A stretch of 63,537 nucleotides of DNA, counting the filler, from Catajapyx aquilonaris (Eukaryota), in NCBI GenBank assembly GCA_000934665.2. It is 2 parts of 2 records of this genome, joined end to end, with 100 filler letters (N's around TTAATTAATTAA, not from the genome) between each part and the next. Parts side by side here need not be neighbours in the genome. Positions count along the whole stretch, not along the records: positions 1 to 31,875 come from KZ539159.1; 1 more part is not named here. One strand, written 5' to 3'. The number at the start of each line of letters is the position of its first letter. Within the stretch, counting starts at the first letter, position 1. Positions 1-13,161 of the stretch are shown piece by piece. Under the pieces are notes generated by a model. The model was not told the DNA's origin, searched no databases, and was given only the letters and a program-made list of their open reading frames with translations. Both the position numbers and the translations under genes were made by a program.

Positions 1-851
1 GTGGGGGGGTTGGAGGGGGGGGGGTGGGTGTGGTGAGATTCAATAAGGCAGTCAGCCACTTAACAGAAAGATAAATCAGTCTGGAAGGTCCCAGGCCGCA
101 TACAAACGGAGGCATTAGCAAAAGGGGGAGGAAGTCTGGGGGCTATGGGATGCTGGAAAAGGAGCCCTTAACACCTATGCTGGAGGATGATGCTGGAAAA
201 TGGAGGTTTTCTGGAGTTCACATCATTTTGTTGATTACACGTACTGGAAACCTGGACAACTTTTTTTCCCCAGTAAGTGAACTTTCAAGTACCCAGGTCA
301 GTGTGCCAGTGTGTGAATCAAGTGCTGGATGCGTAATGCGAGTCACGGTTTTCTCTTGTAGACGCAACTGCAGCACATGAGAGAAGCAAATCGGCGAAAA
401 TAAATTCGGCGAATAGTAAAATATATTTCACCTATATAACAGCATGTTTGTGAGGTTCTTGCACCTTTTGCGCTCTCTATTATTTCTCTTTATGCGTCGA
501 GGTATAATGGTGTCGAACTCTTCTCTCCTGGGAAATGATGCAGGGATTTGAAAGAAAAAAAAAGGAGAGGATGGGGAAGGAAGGAGGAAAAGATTAGAGG
601 GGGAGGTCTGGAGATAGACAGGATGCTGTCGAAATTTTAGGTGGAAAATATGGAGGGCTATTTCATTCCCGCTCCTTAGGGTTTGGTTCCATCAATCCTT
701 GGGATTTTCTGCTCCGAAAAAAAAAGAGGTCCGGAACTCTCACGACATGTTTTTTCGCCAACATCAAGATTGAAAATTGCTTTTATCGAATAATACTTAT
801 TCCCCTTCTTTACATTCGAACGTTCAATCCGTCCTCTATTGTTATAAAGGT

Positions 852-1081
852 AGCCTCAACTTACGTAGAGGTCATGGCGCCGGGACCAAAAGTGTTGTGG
901 TTTCGGAAAATTACATACGGTACAGTATACAGCCCCGACTTACGTAGCCTCGACTTAAGTAGATCCTGACTTACGTAAATTTGAGGCCTGGAGCCGGGAC
1001 CAAAAGTGATGTGGTTTCGGAACACATAAGGTACAGTATAGAGCCCCGAGTTACGCATAAGGTCTTACGTAAGTCGAGGCT
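852..1081. repeat. Small element with inverted ends and an internal direct duplication
   Basis: AGCCTCAACTTACGTA (852) is inverted against TACGTAAGTCGAGGCT (ends 1081). GCCGGGACCAAAAGTG..GGTACAGTATA..GCCCCGA occurs twice inside. Confidence 0.6.
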
Positions 1082-1149
1082 TTCTGCTTTCTGCTTTTAG
1101 GTTGTGTTTCTTTCTCATTGGAACATGCTGTATTGAGAAAAGCATGATT

Positions 1150-1640
1150 GGCAAATCACGTGAGCGTGATTCGAGTAGACTTTTTCCCATTGGGCAGTGG
1201 GAAACTAGGCTGGCAACTTCATTGACATAGTTTTGTGACAGATACGATACGATGCGATTCTAATTGGACAACAATGGCATAGAATGTTGTCAGTCTCATT
1301 TCCCGTGTTGCCAGGCAACCCAAGAAAATAAATTTCTAAATCGTTTAGACTCGACCTTTGGCGGATATACAGTGGACCAGGAAAACAGGAAGTGGCTGGT
1401 CACTGGGTTCAGTGGGGCTTAAATAAATATTAAATATTATAAATAAATATTAAATATGGTTAGTGGCTGGTCACTTGAAAGTTGATCATTCAACCTATTT
1501 GGGCCACGCTTAATCCGAATCCGAAAATCGCTTGTCGCTATCTCTTGCGATGTAGGCCCTGATACCTGTCCACAGACGGACAGACGGACATATCCGTTCT
1601 GTAAGACACTTTTGTAGAGAAAAAGTCGAAAAAATTATTT
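1150..1640 (-). mobile_element. Dispersed repeat, putative non-autonomous Helentron/DINE-1-like element (copy 1)
   Basis: Reverse-complement homolog of ~53195-53600, sharing the GTCCGTCTGT microsatellite, GTGGACAGGTATCAGGGCCTA and GGGAAATGAGACTGA. A GTCY microsatellite near one end is typical of DINE-1/HINE elements. Confidence 0.55.
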
Positions 1641-2624
1641 GTTGACACCTCCTTCCCTGAGACTTGATCCTTCCTGCCTCACACATATTGGCCCTATGGC
1701 ACAATCCGGGGTCCCGGATATCAGTTAGGCTCCTTCCAGAAAATCCTTATCCTTTTTCCAAGCAAGGTTCAGGTATCAAACAATGCGGCAGGATCCAATA
1801 CCCAGAGTTTCTCCAAAGTCCGCAACCGGGTTGGGTATAGGCTTCCATTATCATGCAAAGCGATCCTACCCCTCCTCTTCTTCCTTTTTTCTTTCTTTTT
1901 TGGTGTGGGGGGGGGGGGCAAAGACAGGGTCTGACAGCAGCCCTCCCGCGGCTGATGTCGTGCCGGGTTGTATAAGGCTGGAGGAACAGGAAGAAGAAGA
2001 AGGTGCAGCAGGAGGTGAATCTTCATCCCCCCCACACAAACTCTGGGAGTAGTTCATATCCTACCCCCCTCCTCCCTTTTCACCTGTCATTTGCAAATTA
2101 TTGCTTTCGCTTATGAAGAGGTGCGCTCGCTGCTTGGCACTCTTGGGAAAAACATTTTCCAGAGAGAGAGGGCGTCATCACAGTGGCCAAAACTTTCTGC
2201 ACTTCAACACCCTCTTTTCCCCGTCTCTCATCGGGGAGGGGGGGGGGGGTTCTCTTAGGGAGAGGGGAGCAAAAACGTCCCAAATATAAATTGTAGGTGT
2301 CAGAATTCCGACCAAACATTTCCTTGCGTTCAATTAGGACCTGGGAACATTCGGGAGGAAGAGTTGTCAACAAAACGTGGGCTTGAAAACTAGTTCTTCC
2401 ATATATTACAAGTGAAAATCAGCGCCTGTGATGTACACAACTTGAAAGATGAGAGCAGGCGTCAAAATATGTGGCACTAGTAGTGAATTTGGCAACACTG
2501 CCCGGGCCATTGGACGTAGGGTGATATGCCGCAACAAGATGGATCGGATCCTACCACTTGGACCTAGTAAAATGTTTCCACGGTTTCCACTATTAGATGG
2601 CGCGCACTCACCTTCTCTGCACAC

Positions 2625-2820
2625 TGCTGCCACGCCACGGGAAAAATGGTAACTACCTGCACGTTGGCGATGAGTCAACGCCTAGGGACAATAGCCTACT
2701 GTCACTTCACGGGACAAGTGGTAACTACCTGCACGTTGGTGATGAGTCAAAGCGTGTATGAACACTACTGCCACTCCATGGGAAAAATGGTAATTACATG
2801 CACGTTGGTGATGAGTCAAG
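2625..2820. repeat. Three ~70-bp tandem repeats
   Basis: Core GGTAA(C/T)TAC(C/A)TGCACGTTGG(C/T)GATGAGTCAA starts at 2648, 2720 and 2789. Confidence 0.85.
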
Positions 2821-4574
2821 GTGTAAGGACAAAGTCACGCCTAGCCAATTATATGATGTGAGTTAACCATCCGGGTGCTGTCAAAGAAAGCTGATATTTA
2901 TAGAGTCCATGACATGTGGAGAGATCCAATCGGATTTCCTTGGGTCAATAGAAATGCTCTTTGAGAGACCTAGAAGGGTTAAAAGGGGGTGGAGGAAACA
3001 CCTCTCTTCTTCTTCTTCTTTTTTTATTCTTCTTCTTGTGACGGTGAGGGGGCGACGTTGACAAAAGAGTGTCGGGGGGCGTTCCTCGAGGGAAGAGGGC
3101 TTCGTCGGCGGATTCTGTTAGCATGACGGCTCCTGATGGGGAAACGTGAGCCTCATAGACAATCACTCATTTTTTTATGGTTATTCCAGACCCCCTTTTC
3201 CTCTGTTTTATATTCCTGGCGATGCTGCTCCAAATCAATATTGAGCACTTTTTTTTTGCACGCTTTTTCTGCCTAATATCTCTTTCCCCCCTTATGCGGT
3301 TTTCTGACACGATGATGGATCCAGGACCACCCTGTAGTTCCCAACATCCAGGAAACATTACAACACTGTACTGCAGCGTTATGATTAATTTGGAATTAAG
3401 CTAATAATTCGGCGATTGTCCGCATGATTGTGACTAACCGCAAAAATATGCTCAAGGACCGCAATCAATTTGTCTGACTTACAACGCATATCGGCTGAGC
3501 ACTGACCGAACCCAGTATGTGCTCAGAACAAAGCCAAACAGCCAGCCGGACCGTGTCAATAATTGAACAACGTGCAAACTATGTAATATGACGCTAAAAC
3601 ATTGCGGTTACGTACTAACTGCAAGAGGATCTCTCGGCTTGTCTCGTGGGGATATATCGAACCGCTCACAAAATGTGGGCCGCACACACAGGAGGCAATT
3701 ATTGTCAGCAAATAATGTGGCCAAGAGTTTTTTTTTTTTTGCATATGCATTTCTTAATTGAGTTGCGTCAGGTTTAATGTATGACCAGACACTTTTTAAA
3801 GGGTTTGATTGACAGCTTCAACTTTCAAGTGTGAGCGAACTCGGAAGAAAATGAGCTGACATTATAATTGAATTGGTCTCTAAATTATAGTATTAAAGAA
3901 TGTAAAAACCGAGAAGGTTGAATTAAATTCATCCAAATTTTTGAGTATTCAAGTACGGTATGTAGGCCTACAGTTGTACACTGTACGGTATGAGAAGATG
4001 GTGTCCAGGATTCCCACTAGAATGAGCCACAAACCAGCTTCTACTGCTCCAGCATCTATCGACACATTGCTGAACTGATATAACCGCGAATTTTTGCAAA
4101 CACACGCAAAATTACCATTTGTGCAAAAATGTCTGAACTTTACACTCTGAATTTTTAGCAATTTCACATCGACACTTGCCATTTATTGCTGTTAGGGGAA
4201 CAACAGCAATAAGAATTTTTAACGACAAATAAACAGATCCTTCAATATTTTCTTAATTCTTACGCTCTATTTGTCCGGACATTTAACAGTGTTATGCAAT
4301 AAAAATAATTGGTCAGCCCACAAAAATGTCAAAATTGAGTTAAGCCCAGGAACATACACCCAAAGGATCCTACTTCATTCAGTTAAAATCACGCTGGTGA
4401 AATCTACCATAAATGACCTAAAAGAACACTGAATATTAGTTTCACATATATATGACCTTCAAAACCCTTTTTCTCAAAGCTGTTTTTATGTGGGTTGGCT
4501 CATTACTGCATAACACCGACCAATAATGGCTTTGGGTCAGCTAATTATCAGGGACATGTCATTTTTTAAGCATC

Positions 4575-4800
4575 AGATAACCTTGCCCTGATCACTTTTA
4601 TAAGCAGCTGACAGCCGATATCGGATAGCCTCAGCGTATCCTCTATAAAGTAGGCAGCTATCGCTGATTAGCCTCTTACAAACCTGTCAAACGCAATATT
4701 AGCAATGGTGCTCCGTCTGCTCATCATCTTCGCCTTAGCCTCCAGTGTTTGGTCCAGTTGTGTCGACGTACCGTCCAAACCAGACCTGGACCTAGAAAAG
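4575..4800 (+). other. Duplicated lipocalin promoter plus coding exon 1 (alternative first exon or truncated paralog)
   Basis: TATAAA at 4644. Exon 4705-4800 encodes MVLRLLIIFALASSVWSSCVDVPSKPDLDLEK followed by a GTAAAC donor. Closely similar to 6473-6700; no exon 2 or 3 copy is visible before 6608. Confidence 0.8.
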
Positions 4801-5602
4801 GTAAACTTTGTCACTTTGGCCCGCATCTCACTCAATGTTTTTCTGATAATGCCTATTAATTCGTGCTATAAATATCATCCACATCAAATACGTATGGCCA
4901 GGGCAGGGGGTGTGGAAGCTGAGAAATATACGTGCCAAATGTCGGGCCATCTTGTCTACTCTAGCCTCGCTCGGGGTCAACATCATCCCCCCCCCCCATT
5001 ATTTTTGGCGCCAAATGTCGGCCATCTTGTGCAGATCGGCGGCCATCTTGTCTACTCTAGCCTCGCTCGGGGGGCGACATGGATCCACCCAGTTTTTAGC
5101 GCCAACGTCACGCTTGTCGTATAGCCTCCTCACAATCCCTATTCTCGCTACCACCACAACCCCAAGCCCATCTTTCGCCCCGAGGCAGTACGCCCCAGCC
5201 TTTACTCTTGGCCCCAGGCACTAACCTGCCTGTCACATCAACGCACACCGGCGACACATCCAAACAGCCCCTGTGCACCCTAAAATCACGGCTGGTCTCC
5301 GCGAAAAAAAAAATGCGGTGACCTACTTACCCGCACGGTTGGCTCTTGGCTGTGGTCACCCGTCGGCCTGGTAGGGACTACTGAGGGCAGACTACTGCCC
5401 GGTACAGAGCTAGCGGATGGCGGCCCGGGGTGAGTGGCCTCCACTGAGCGAGGGGTTACTGACCTACACGAAGAGCCAGGTGCGTCCGATCCGCAAGCCA
5501 TTCCACGAAAAAAAAAGAGGGCGAAGAAGGAAGCTTCGAGAGTATATAGTTCTGGAGGCTTACGGGCGCTGATTGTCTAAAACGGGCTGACGCTTAAATG
5601 GC

Positions 5603-5603
<1 letters not shown>

Positions 5604-5701
<98 letters not shown>
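5604..5701. repeat. (AAT)n microsatellite
   Basis: Perfect AAT run, possibly the tail of a retroposed insert at ~4890-5600. Confidence 0.95.
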
Positions 5702-5815
5702 GTTGAAAAGTGACAGCCATCTTTGATTATCCATGATTTATTATAACATCTTATGCCCAAACCGGGTGTAATTAAAATGAAGTTAAATTTTAAGCTACTG
5801 TACCTTCCTTGTTAG

Positions 5816-6113
5816 CAGTGGTGGCAGTGGCGTAACCACGGTTTTGAGCTGGGGGAGGGGGGGGGGNNNNNNNNNNNNNNNNNNNNNNNNNNNNNNNNNN
5901 NNNNNNNNNNNNNNNNNNNNNNNNNNNNNNNNNNNNNNNNNNNNNNNNNNNNNNNNNNNNNNNNNNNNNNNNNNNNNNNNNNNNNNNNNNNNNNNNNNNN
6001 NNNNNNNNNNNNNNNNNNNNNNNNNNNNNNNNNNNNNNNNNNNNNNNNNNNNNNNNNNNNNNNNNNNNNNNNNNNNNNNNNNNNNNCCCCCCCCCCCTGC
6101 CGTTACGCCACTG
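5816..6113. mobile_element. hAT-like MITE spanning an N gap
   Basis: Inverted CAGTGGCGTAAC/GTTACGCCACTG near the ends; 8-bp TSD CTTGTTAG at 5808-5815 and 6114-6121. Confidence 0.75.
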
Positions 6114-6607
6114 CTTGTTAGTCATGTGTAGATACAATTTACTCGCAATTAACCGGATGCGGATTACCCGTGCGTCGCCAAAAAAAAATTACAAATGAAG
6201 TCCGAAAAAATTGCAATATGTTTCGCAAACGAAGAGAAATATAACAGTATGATTAACGTTATTTAAAGCAGCACACACTAAGTATAATAGTAATACATTT
6301 AAAATGTGTGAAGAGCTCATTTTTATACGGTGTCTGTGACCATTTTCCGATTATCCGGCGACACCTGGGCATTCATTAGCCCGGATGACCGGGAGTAGGC
6401 CTACGATGCACATGATTTCACCTTCGAAAAGCCAAACACAAATAAATAAAATTGGACCCTTTCGATAATAATCAGATAACCCTGTCCATTCCCGATCAAT
6501 TTTATCATCATCCGACAGCCGATATCGGATAGTCTCAGCCTATCATCCCTCTATAAAGCAGCCAGCTATCGCTGATTAGCCTCTTAGATACGTGTCAATT
6601 AGCAACC

Positions 6608-7329
6608 ATGCTCCGTCTGCTCATCATCCTCGCCTTAGCCTCCGGTGCTTGGTCCACCTGCGTCGACGTACCGTCCAAACCGGACCTGGACCTGGAAAGG
6701 GTAACGTTGTCACCTAAAGTGCTTTCGAAATGACCGGCCGTACCATTGCTGCCTTGGACCATTTAAAAAATTTGAAGTATTTTCAATCTGTGTCCAATTT
6801 CCGTAGTTTATTGGAACCTGGAACGTGGTGTCAATCCTGCCTGGAGATGACCGTGACCCAATCATGGATTGCGTCAAGGTGCGCCTGTCAGTCAAGGACG
6901 CGTCTTCTCTTCACGTCCAGGTCGACCAGGTGTACCTGACCGGCACAAAGATGACCGCCGAAGGGTCAGCAATCGCCCCGGATTACGAGGACACATCCAA
7001 ACTAATGGTCAACATGATGGGCAGTAAGTCTGTTGCACTCAAACTATATAACTATATAACTATATAACTAACCGCCCGTTTTATCTCCCCCCCCCCCCCC
7101 CCCCCNATCTCATCACATGACACTAATTACGTCCGATTACGACACCTACGCCCTTGTGTCCGACTGTGCCTATAGCTCCGGACAGGTGTCCCAACGCCTG
7201 CTGGTTCTGTCCAGAAGCAACAATGGACTGTCATTCGCAACAATGGGAAAGCTGAAGTCCGCAGCTCACAGGATGGGATTTGGCATCAGCAGGATTGGTT
7301 ATCAGCTGGAGAAGGTTGGGACTTGTTAG
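6608..7329 (+). CDS. Secreted lipocalin, apolipoprotein D-like; exons 6608-6700, 6807-7023, ~7106-7329
   Basis: Signal peptide; motifs DLDLERFIGTW (SCR1), TSDYDTYALV (SCR2) and LVLSR (SCR3); four Cys; TATAAA at 6552 and AATAAA after the stop. The last acceptor is hidden in a poly-C/N stretch. Confidence 0.9.
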
Positions 7330-7815
7330 AGAGATTATTGCCTGCTAATCAATGTTTGTCGCAATAAATTGATTGTTTATCCACACGCACTCGCTTGTTG
7401 TTTATTACGGTGTGCCCACATATTAATAAAAATACAAGTTAGATACCTGGCATGGAGTGAAGCAAACTACACATGTGAGTTAAATTTACAAAGAGTAATT
7501 CACAAAGTGCTCCATAATAATTTCACGTACATTTTTGTAAGTAAAAGAAAATTGGTCCCTTCTTTTTACAAAGCAAACTAAAGGTAAACATCATCATGTA
7601 TGTACGAGTAAGAGTGTCACTTTATAAGTTAAATTAACTTATAAATAACTTTCAAAATTTACCCTTATAATGCCATACAAGTAAGTGGTGTGCAAAGGCA
7701 CTAAAAGTTCACGTTTTGAGAAGAGAAATAGTGATTACTGTTTTATTTTGATTGCATGGCAGTCACCAGTCACAACGTAATGAGAATTAATTGGTATTAT
7801 CCTGAATGGATTTAA

Positions 7816-9256
7816 TTAGAAGCGGAGAGATTTCTCCCAGTCGGGCCAGAATCTTTCCTTCATCCGGATGCAGTAGTCTCTTATGTTGCTCAAGTCACCT
7901 GAAAAATTGGGTCACTAATTAGTGACATGCCTATAGCACAAAAGCAGAAACTATACATTCTCATTGGGATCAAATTTTTCTGTCAAAAAAACTACAGCTT
8001 ATCACGCTTTTTGCAGCTAATGATTGGTGACCTTACCATGGACTAGTGACTCTTGTGGTGATCCAGGCAATCCCCAAACAATCTGAGCCAGGATTCCAAA
8101 CACTGCTGTGTCATACTCGCAAGGCTGGTCTCCAAACAAGAACTTCTTGTTCCCTACAAAAAAATTATAGAGGAATATAATAACATTACGCACTACATGC
8201 ACACAATAATTGCTTCCAATGTACTAGTTATTATTAGGTGAAAGTTGTTCCTAATCAAGTTATATGAAAAGCGAAGCCCAATTTTGTCCTACTTATTCTG
8301 CAACTAGCAGGGGAACCAGTTCTTCTTGTGGGTATAAAATGGGTATGAAATTTGCAAACTTTCCTTTTTATATGTGTAGATTATTGTCGCAATTTTTGTC
8401 CATATCAAATCACAGGTGGTATGTAGGAAACTTATTCTTTATTAATTTTTTTCTGAACCTTCAGTGTACTTACCGATTGCTGTAGAGAAGGCATGAAGGT
8501 CATCGATGGTCAGCTGGTCAACTTCCTTCTGCGTGTGACGTCCAAGCCCGTGACCCCTGGCGTTGAACATGACAAGGTACTTGTAATAGTAAATGAAGAT
8601 CCATTGGTACCAAGGCAGCCTCAGGATGTTCTTCATGATTGCAAAGTTCGAGTACACAATCCGGTACAGCGGAAGAATCCTGCAAGACACTACTTGTTAG
8701 TACCAATAATTATGTACAGAGCAAGTACACACTGACCAGTAGAGATGGTTTTCGGCCATGAACTGGTACGCCCTGCCCTGTGCCTTCTCTGCAGGGGTCA
8801 GGTGATTTGAAATGTCCCTTTTGAAGTGCTGGATCAAGTACTCCATACACAGCTGAGAGTCTGCTATGTGCTCACCGTTTATGGTCATCCAAGGAGACTG
8901 ACCTTTCGGACCTTGAGGCTCCTCGAAATCGTTCTGGAAAAAATTACGCTTCAGTAAATTGTGAAAACCAATGATGGATGATGTACACTCACCTCGTAAG
9001 GTATGCCCGCCATTCTCAAGTACGTTTCAAGCTTTAACCCAAAAGGTACGACGCAAGGCAAGGTCTTTCCTCTTGGCATCTGGTGCAACACCACCATGTC
9101 TTTAGGAAGGGCACTCCATTTCTCTCTCCGCCTCACGTTCTGGACATTGTCCACTCCGGACCAGATGAGCAAGATCACTCCTACGATGATCCCGAGCAAT
9201 ACTGCGCACAGGATCCCGTTGATGGACCACTCCGGAACTTCGATTATCACGCTCAT
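7816..9256 (-). CDS. fax: Failed axon connections-like (GST/metaxin fold), copy 1, 288 aa; exons 9256-8993, 8933-8737, 8679-8474, 8153-8037, 7898-7816
   Basis: Motifs PFGLKLETYLRMAGIPYE, GPKGQSPWMTINGEHIADSQ, KKFLFGDQPCEYDTAVFG and RMKERFWPDW. All GT-AG junctions keep frame. Hydrophobic N-terminal segment. Confidence 0.92.
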
Positions 9257-12200
9257 TGTCTGCAATAATCGATGCGATGAATCACACACATAACAGTACA
9301 TTGTAGCGGTACACACACACACACAGGTTGAATGCACATGAACAATATGAATTTCCAGCTGCATAATTCATCGTACTTTTAGTTGTAACAAATGACTGGT
9401 GGATTCATGTGGCTAAGTGCAAGGATTTTGATCGCATAACAACACTGTACGTGTGCAATTATACCAACACATAACTGCAAATAATAAAGTACCAAATCGG
9501 CCAAAAATTCAGTCCCATTTTTTGTGCAAAGATGACCCCAGGAATTCGACACGGATTTATCGGATCAGACACAATTTCTGATAACAATGGCCGGGGGAAT
9601 GTCCCTCAACTTTCATTGTTGTGAGAGCAGCACGTGCGCGTTTCATCATTTATAGGCTTAAAAAAAGGAAAAGCCCATGTGTTCTTTCAACCTTGTGTTA
9701 TTCCCCCCCCCCCTGACGCGTTTTCAGGCGGGCCTTGACCTTGAGTCGCGCCCAAAAACTGGCCCTACCAGTGGAATGTAAGGATTGTAAGGGGGGGGGG
9801 GGGGGNGGGGGGGGGGGGGGGGCAACTCCGGTTTATCCCACAGCCAACTTGGGTGAAAAACATTTTAAATAAACAATCGTGAGAGGCTTCGGCGGCATTA
9901 TCAAAAATCAAAATTACCGATGGATATTATTCATCGGTAGGTTATTCTCACTTGAATTGATATTTCCAACCGCTATCCTTGTGCATCAGCAATTTCATTC
10001 AAATAAAACTGCAACTGACGTGTGCCAGTTGCATAACCTTCTCTTTAATTCCAGTGTATTGTAGGTATATTTTTAGTGAACCCTTCTAATTATATGATAT
10101 AATTCAATAGATTTGCACGGATGTGTTATTATTCTCAATTCCCAGTTTGCAAAGTGCCAACCCCAAATGATCGGTTGCACATCAGGATTGCACAGCTGTT
10201 GTTTTTTTTTTAAATTTCAAAATTATCGCAATAAAAATTCCAAGGCCTCGTGTACAGTTACGTCAATGGGAAAGTTGGTAAGGGTAAATTTGCTGACTGT
10301 ACTGAGGGAAGATTACTGATCCGGCTTTGCAATTTTGAATGCATAAACACGTTCGTTTGTGGTACCCCCAAAAAAATGAGATCTCGAAAGCTAGTTGTTG
10401 TGAAAGCAACAATGTAATCCATATAGGGGGGTTTTGCAGTGTTCTTTTCCTCTCTTTGCAAGTCCAGAACGGATATGTCGAAGTTGCTTAGCATGTGTGT
10501 GCGTTACGTCACCCTCCAGTGCGCTATGGCTTGTACTACCTAAAGCAAGGCCCCACTCAAATTATCGCAATTACAATATTAACTACTGTGGAGGCAACCC
10601 CGACCGACTTAACAGCCTGGTATTTTATTCGCTTAATTCGCACAAAACACACAAACGAAAAATTCGAGAAATTAAATTTTTCATGTGCACATGTTAAGTG
10701 ACCAATCAAAACACTGCATTGAGAAATAATGACTGTGCAATTGTTCACACAAGGCCAGTCTTCAGTTGTCTTACAACAACTTTTTTTTCGGATTATTCTG
10801 CAAATAATTTCAGCTTGCTCAATTTGCTGGAATGAACTAGTCATATGTTATGCCCACCTGATGTTGCAGGTTTGATTGATAAGTGAATACAGTATAAGTG
10901 ATGAAATGCAATATTCAACACTCTTGATTCACTGTGATCAGTTAATATGTCAATTATTGCAAAAGTAGCATCAGACAGATTAAACCAAAGGCTAACAAGC
11001 CTCTGTCTGAACCACACCGTCATATTACGCCCAAAAAAAAAGTGACTCAGCACAAAGACACAAGATATTTTCGGTGGCTGTAAACACGAATTTGCATCAG
11101 CCTTGACATGAACTTCTGCACGCAAAAAATTTTCATCGTCATTAAAAATGTATCGAGCAAAATAAAAAAATGTTGTACCATACATTCTTTTTTAAATCAG
11201 TTATTTCCAACCGCCCGACCGGACAGAGTAGGACGTTGACCTCTTAAAAATTATGTTTTAAACTCTTCAGAGTCCCAACACACCGGTTCTTCTTCTCATT
11301 AAACCCAGCTTTAAAAACCAGTCACCCACCACTTTTAAAGAATAAAATTAATTGTCGTTTTGCACCTTGATAGCATTTGAAAGAGTTACCCGACCTTCAT
11401 CCTTCGCCGGCCATGAATGACGATTTGTAATCACCTTTAGTTGCAAAAATGTTGTCCTTGAAAAAATTAATGTACCTGGAGTTAAATCCACAAAAAAATG
11501 CAGCACAAGTTCCCTGAGGGGAAGAAGCGAGCTCCTTCTTCTTTGGTTCCTCCACCTGAACTGTGAGATCCCCCAGTCCTGAAGGAAACCTGTGACTTGG
11601 CGGAGGGGGGAATTTTTTTTTTATTTTCATTTTTTTATCATGCCTTTCCCACCCACCCACCCTCCACCTTTCCTTCCTTTCCCCACCAACTCCAGTCCAC
11701 ACCACTGGCTACTGAGATGCTTTTCTAACCAGCCCCTGAGGCATCCAGTCACGCATCTCCAAGGAAAAAGAAAAAGAAAAAAAAGTAATGAGAGAAGAAA
11801 AAGGTACACGTAGGCAAGAATCAGTTGCATTGCAGAGGGGGGGGGGCACAAATCGTCATTAAAAAAGCATGGTGTCGTGCTATACCTTCCAATTAGTTTT
11901 TTTAAAAAAAATATGACTTACATTTCATGCATGATTACGCTTCGAAGGCGCCGCTTCACATTTATTTATTTTTAAAAAAACAAAAAAGAATTGCATGATA
12001 ACCAGCTTATGTGATATCTTTGCAATATTAAATTAGCTTTCAAAAAAAGGATTGTTGAAATCGTGAAGAAGAAGAAAAAAAAGGGATTGCGCATGTAACT
12101 TATTGCAAAGCTATTTTCGTGGTATGTTGAGGTTCTTATATTCATTGACGTCAAGACTTGTGCCATTTCAATATTACTTGTCGTTTTATGCGAAATCGGG

Positions 12201-13161
12201 TGAGGATTATTGCATTATTCTAAACTTCCGCAACAATGTGGATAAAACTCTTCAATGCTGTTAATACAATAGAGTGAAGAGTGAATTTTGTGTTGGAAAA
12301 TATAGTTGCACCTTCGTGCATGTAGCAGTTCATCAAAATGGAAGTTAAATGATGCGTGTATGACTCTAATTACGAGACTCGGTACCTTCACTCGCATTTT
12401 TGCAACCCGAATTGTGGGAAAACGCAGCCTCTCAAAAATCATATTCTTACAAGACAAGTCGACCTTCAGAATATTAAATTGCTTTTAACAGATTCAATTT
12501 GTGGTTGTCTAACATTGTAGTTAATTCCTTTAATGCGTGCGTGACACTATTGCATGTCATTACCTGTGTACGTATAGCAAGTGGATCACAATCCCACAAA
12601 ATTATTAAAATAATTTCTTTCAACGCTCGTGCGTTTAAAAGTGAGAATCCATATATTTAATGCTGTGACTTTCCACCTTTTATTATCAATACGATGCGCA
12701 ATCACACAAGGAGCCCAATCCTCGACAAAAGCCATGAAGAAATCTTCTTGCGACACACTGGCTGCAAATAATGAGTATAAGTATTTCACAAAAGCTGTTT
12801 GGTCCATTGTTGGGTCTTTACACCTTGACATAGACAGGCTATGAATAGAGGTGATGACAAAAGGCTCATTGAATGTTGCGTAATTGAGTCTAACAAGGCT
12901 TGAAGGCCCAGACGCAATAATGCTGTTCATATAAAGACTAAATATCTGTTGTTTGTCCCAGCAACCAGTTTCAACATGTAAGCCTTTTTTTGTTGCTGAT
13001 TACAACATGACCTTGATCGCTTAATTGGCGGCTAACTTTCACTCGTAATCTGCTGCACATTTTTGGTGACGCTGCTTGGGAAATCCGGTGCAATTTTTTT
13101 TTTTTGCAAATAATTATGAATCACCTTATCGGAGCAGGAAGTGCACATTGCAATTTTTTAA

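Noticed and set aside
2625..2820. CRISPR-like look: conserved ~40-nt core with ~30-nt variable linkers, three times
   Set aside because: The linkers are themselves related (ACTG(C/T)CAC..CA(C/T)GGG), there are no cas genes and the context is eukaryotic. It is an ordinary diverged tandem repeat.
4801..5124. 139-aa ORF as a complete lipocalin
   Set aside because: Similarity ends at the 4800 donor; the rest is intron or insert read-through.
10700..13020. Possible decayed F-box/LRR-like or transposase sequence between the fax genes
   Set aside because: Only vague coding-like fragments with many stops and no diagnostic motif. A translated search would be needed.
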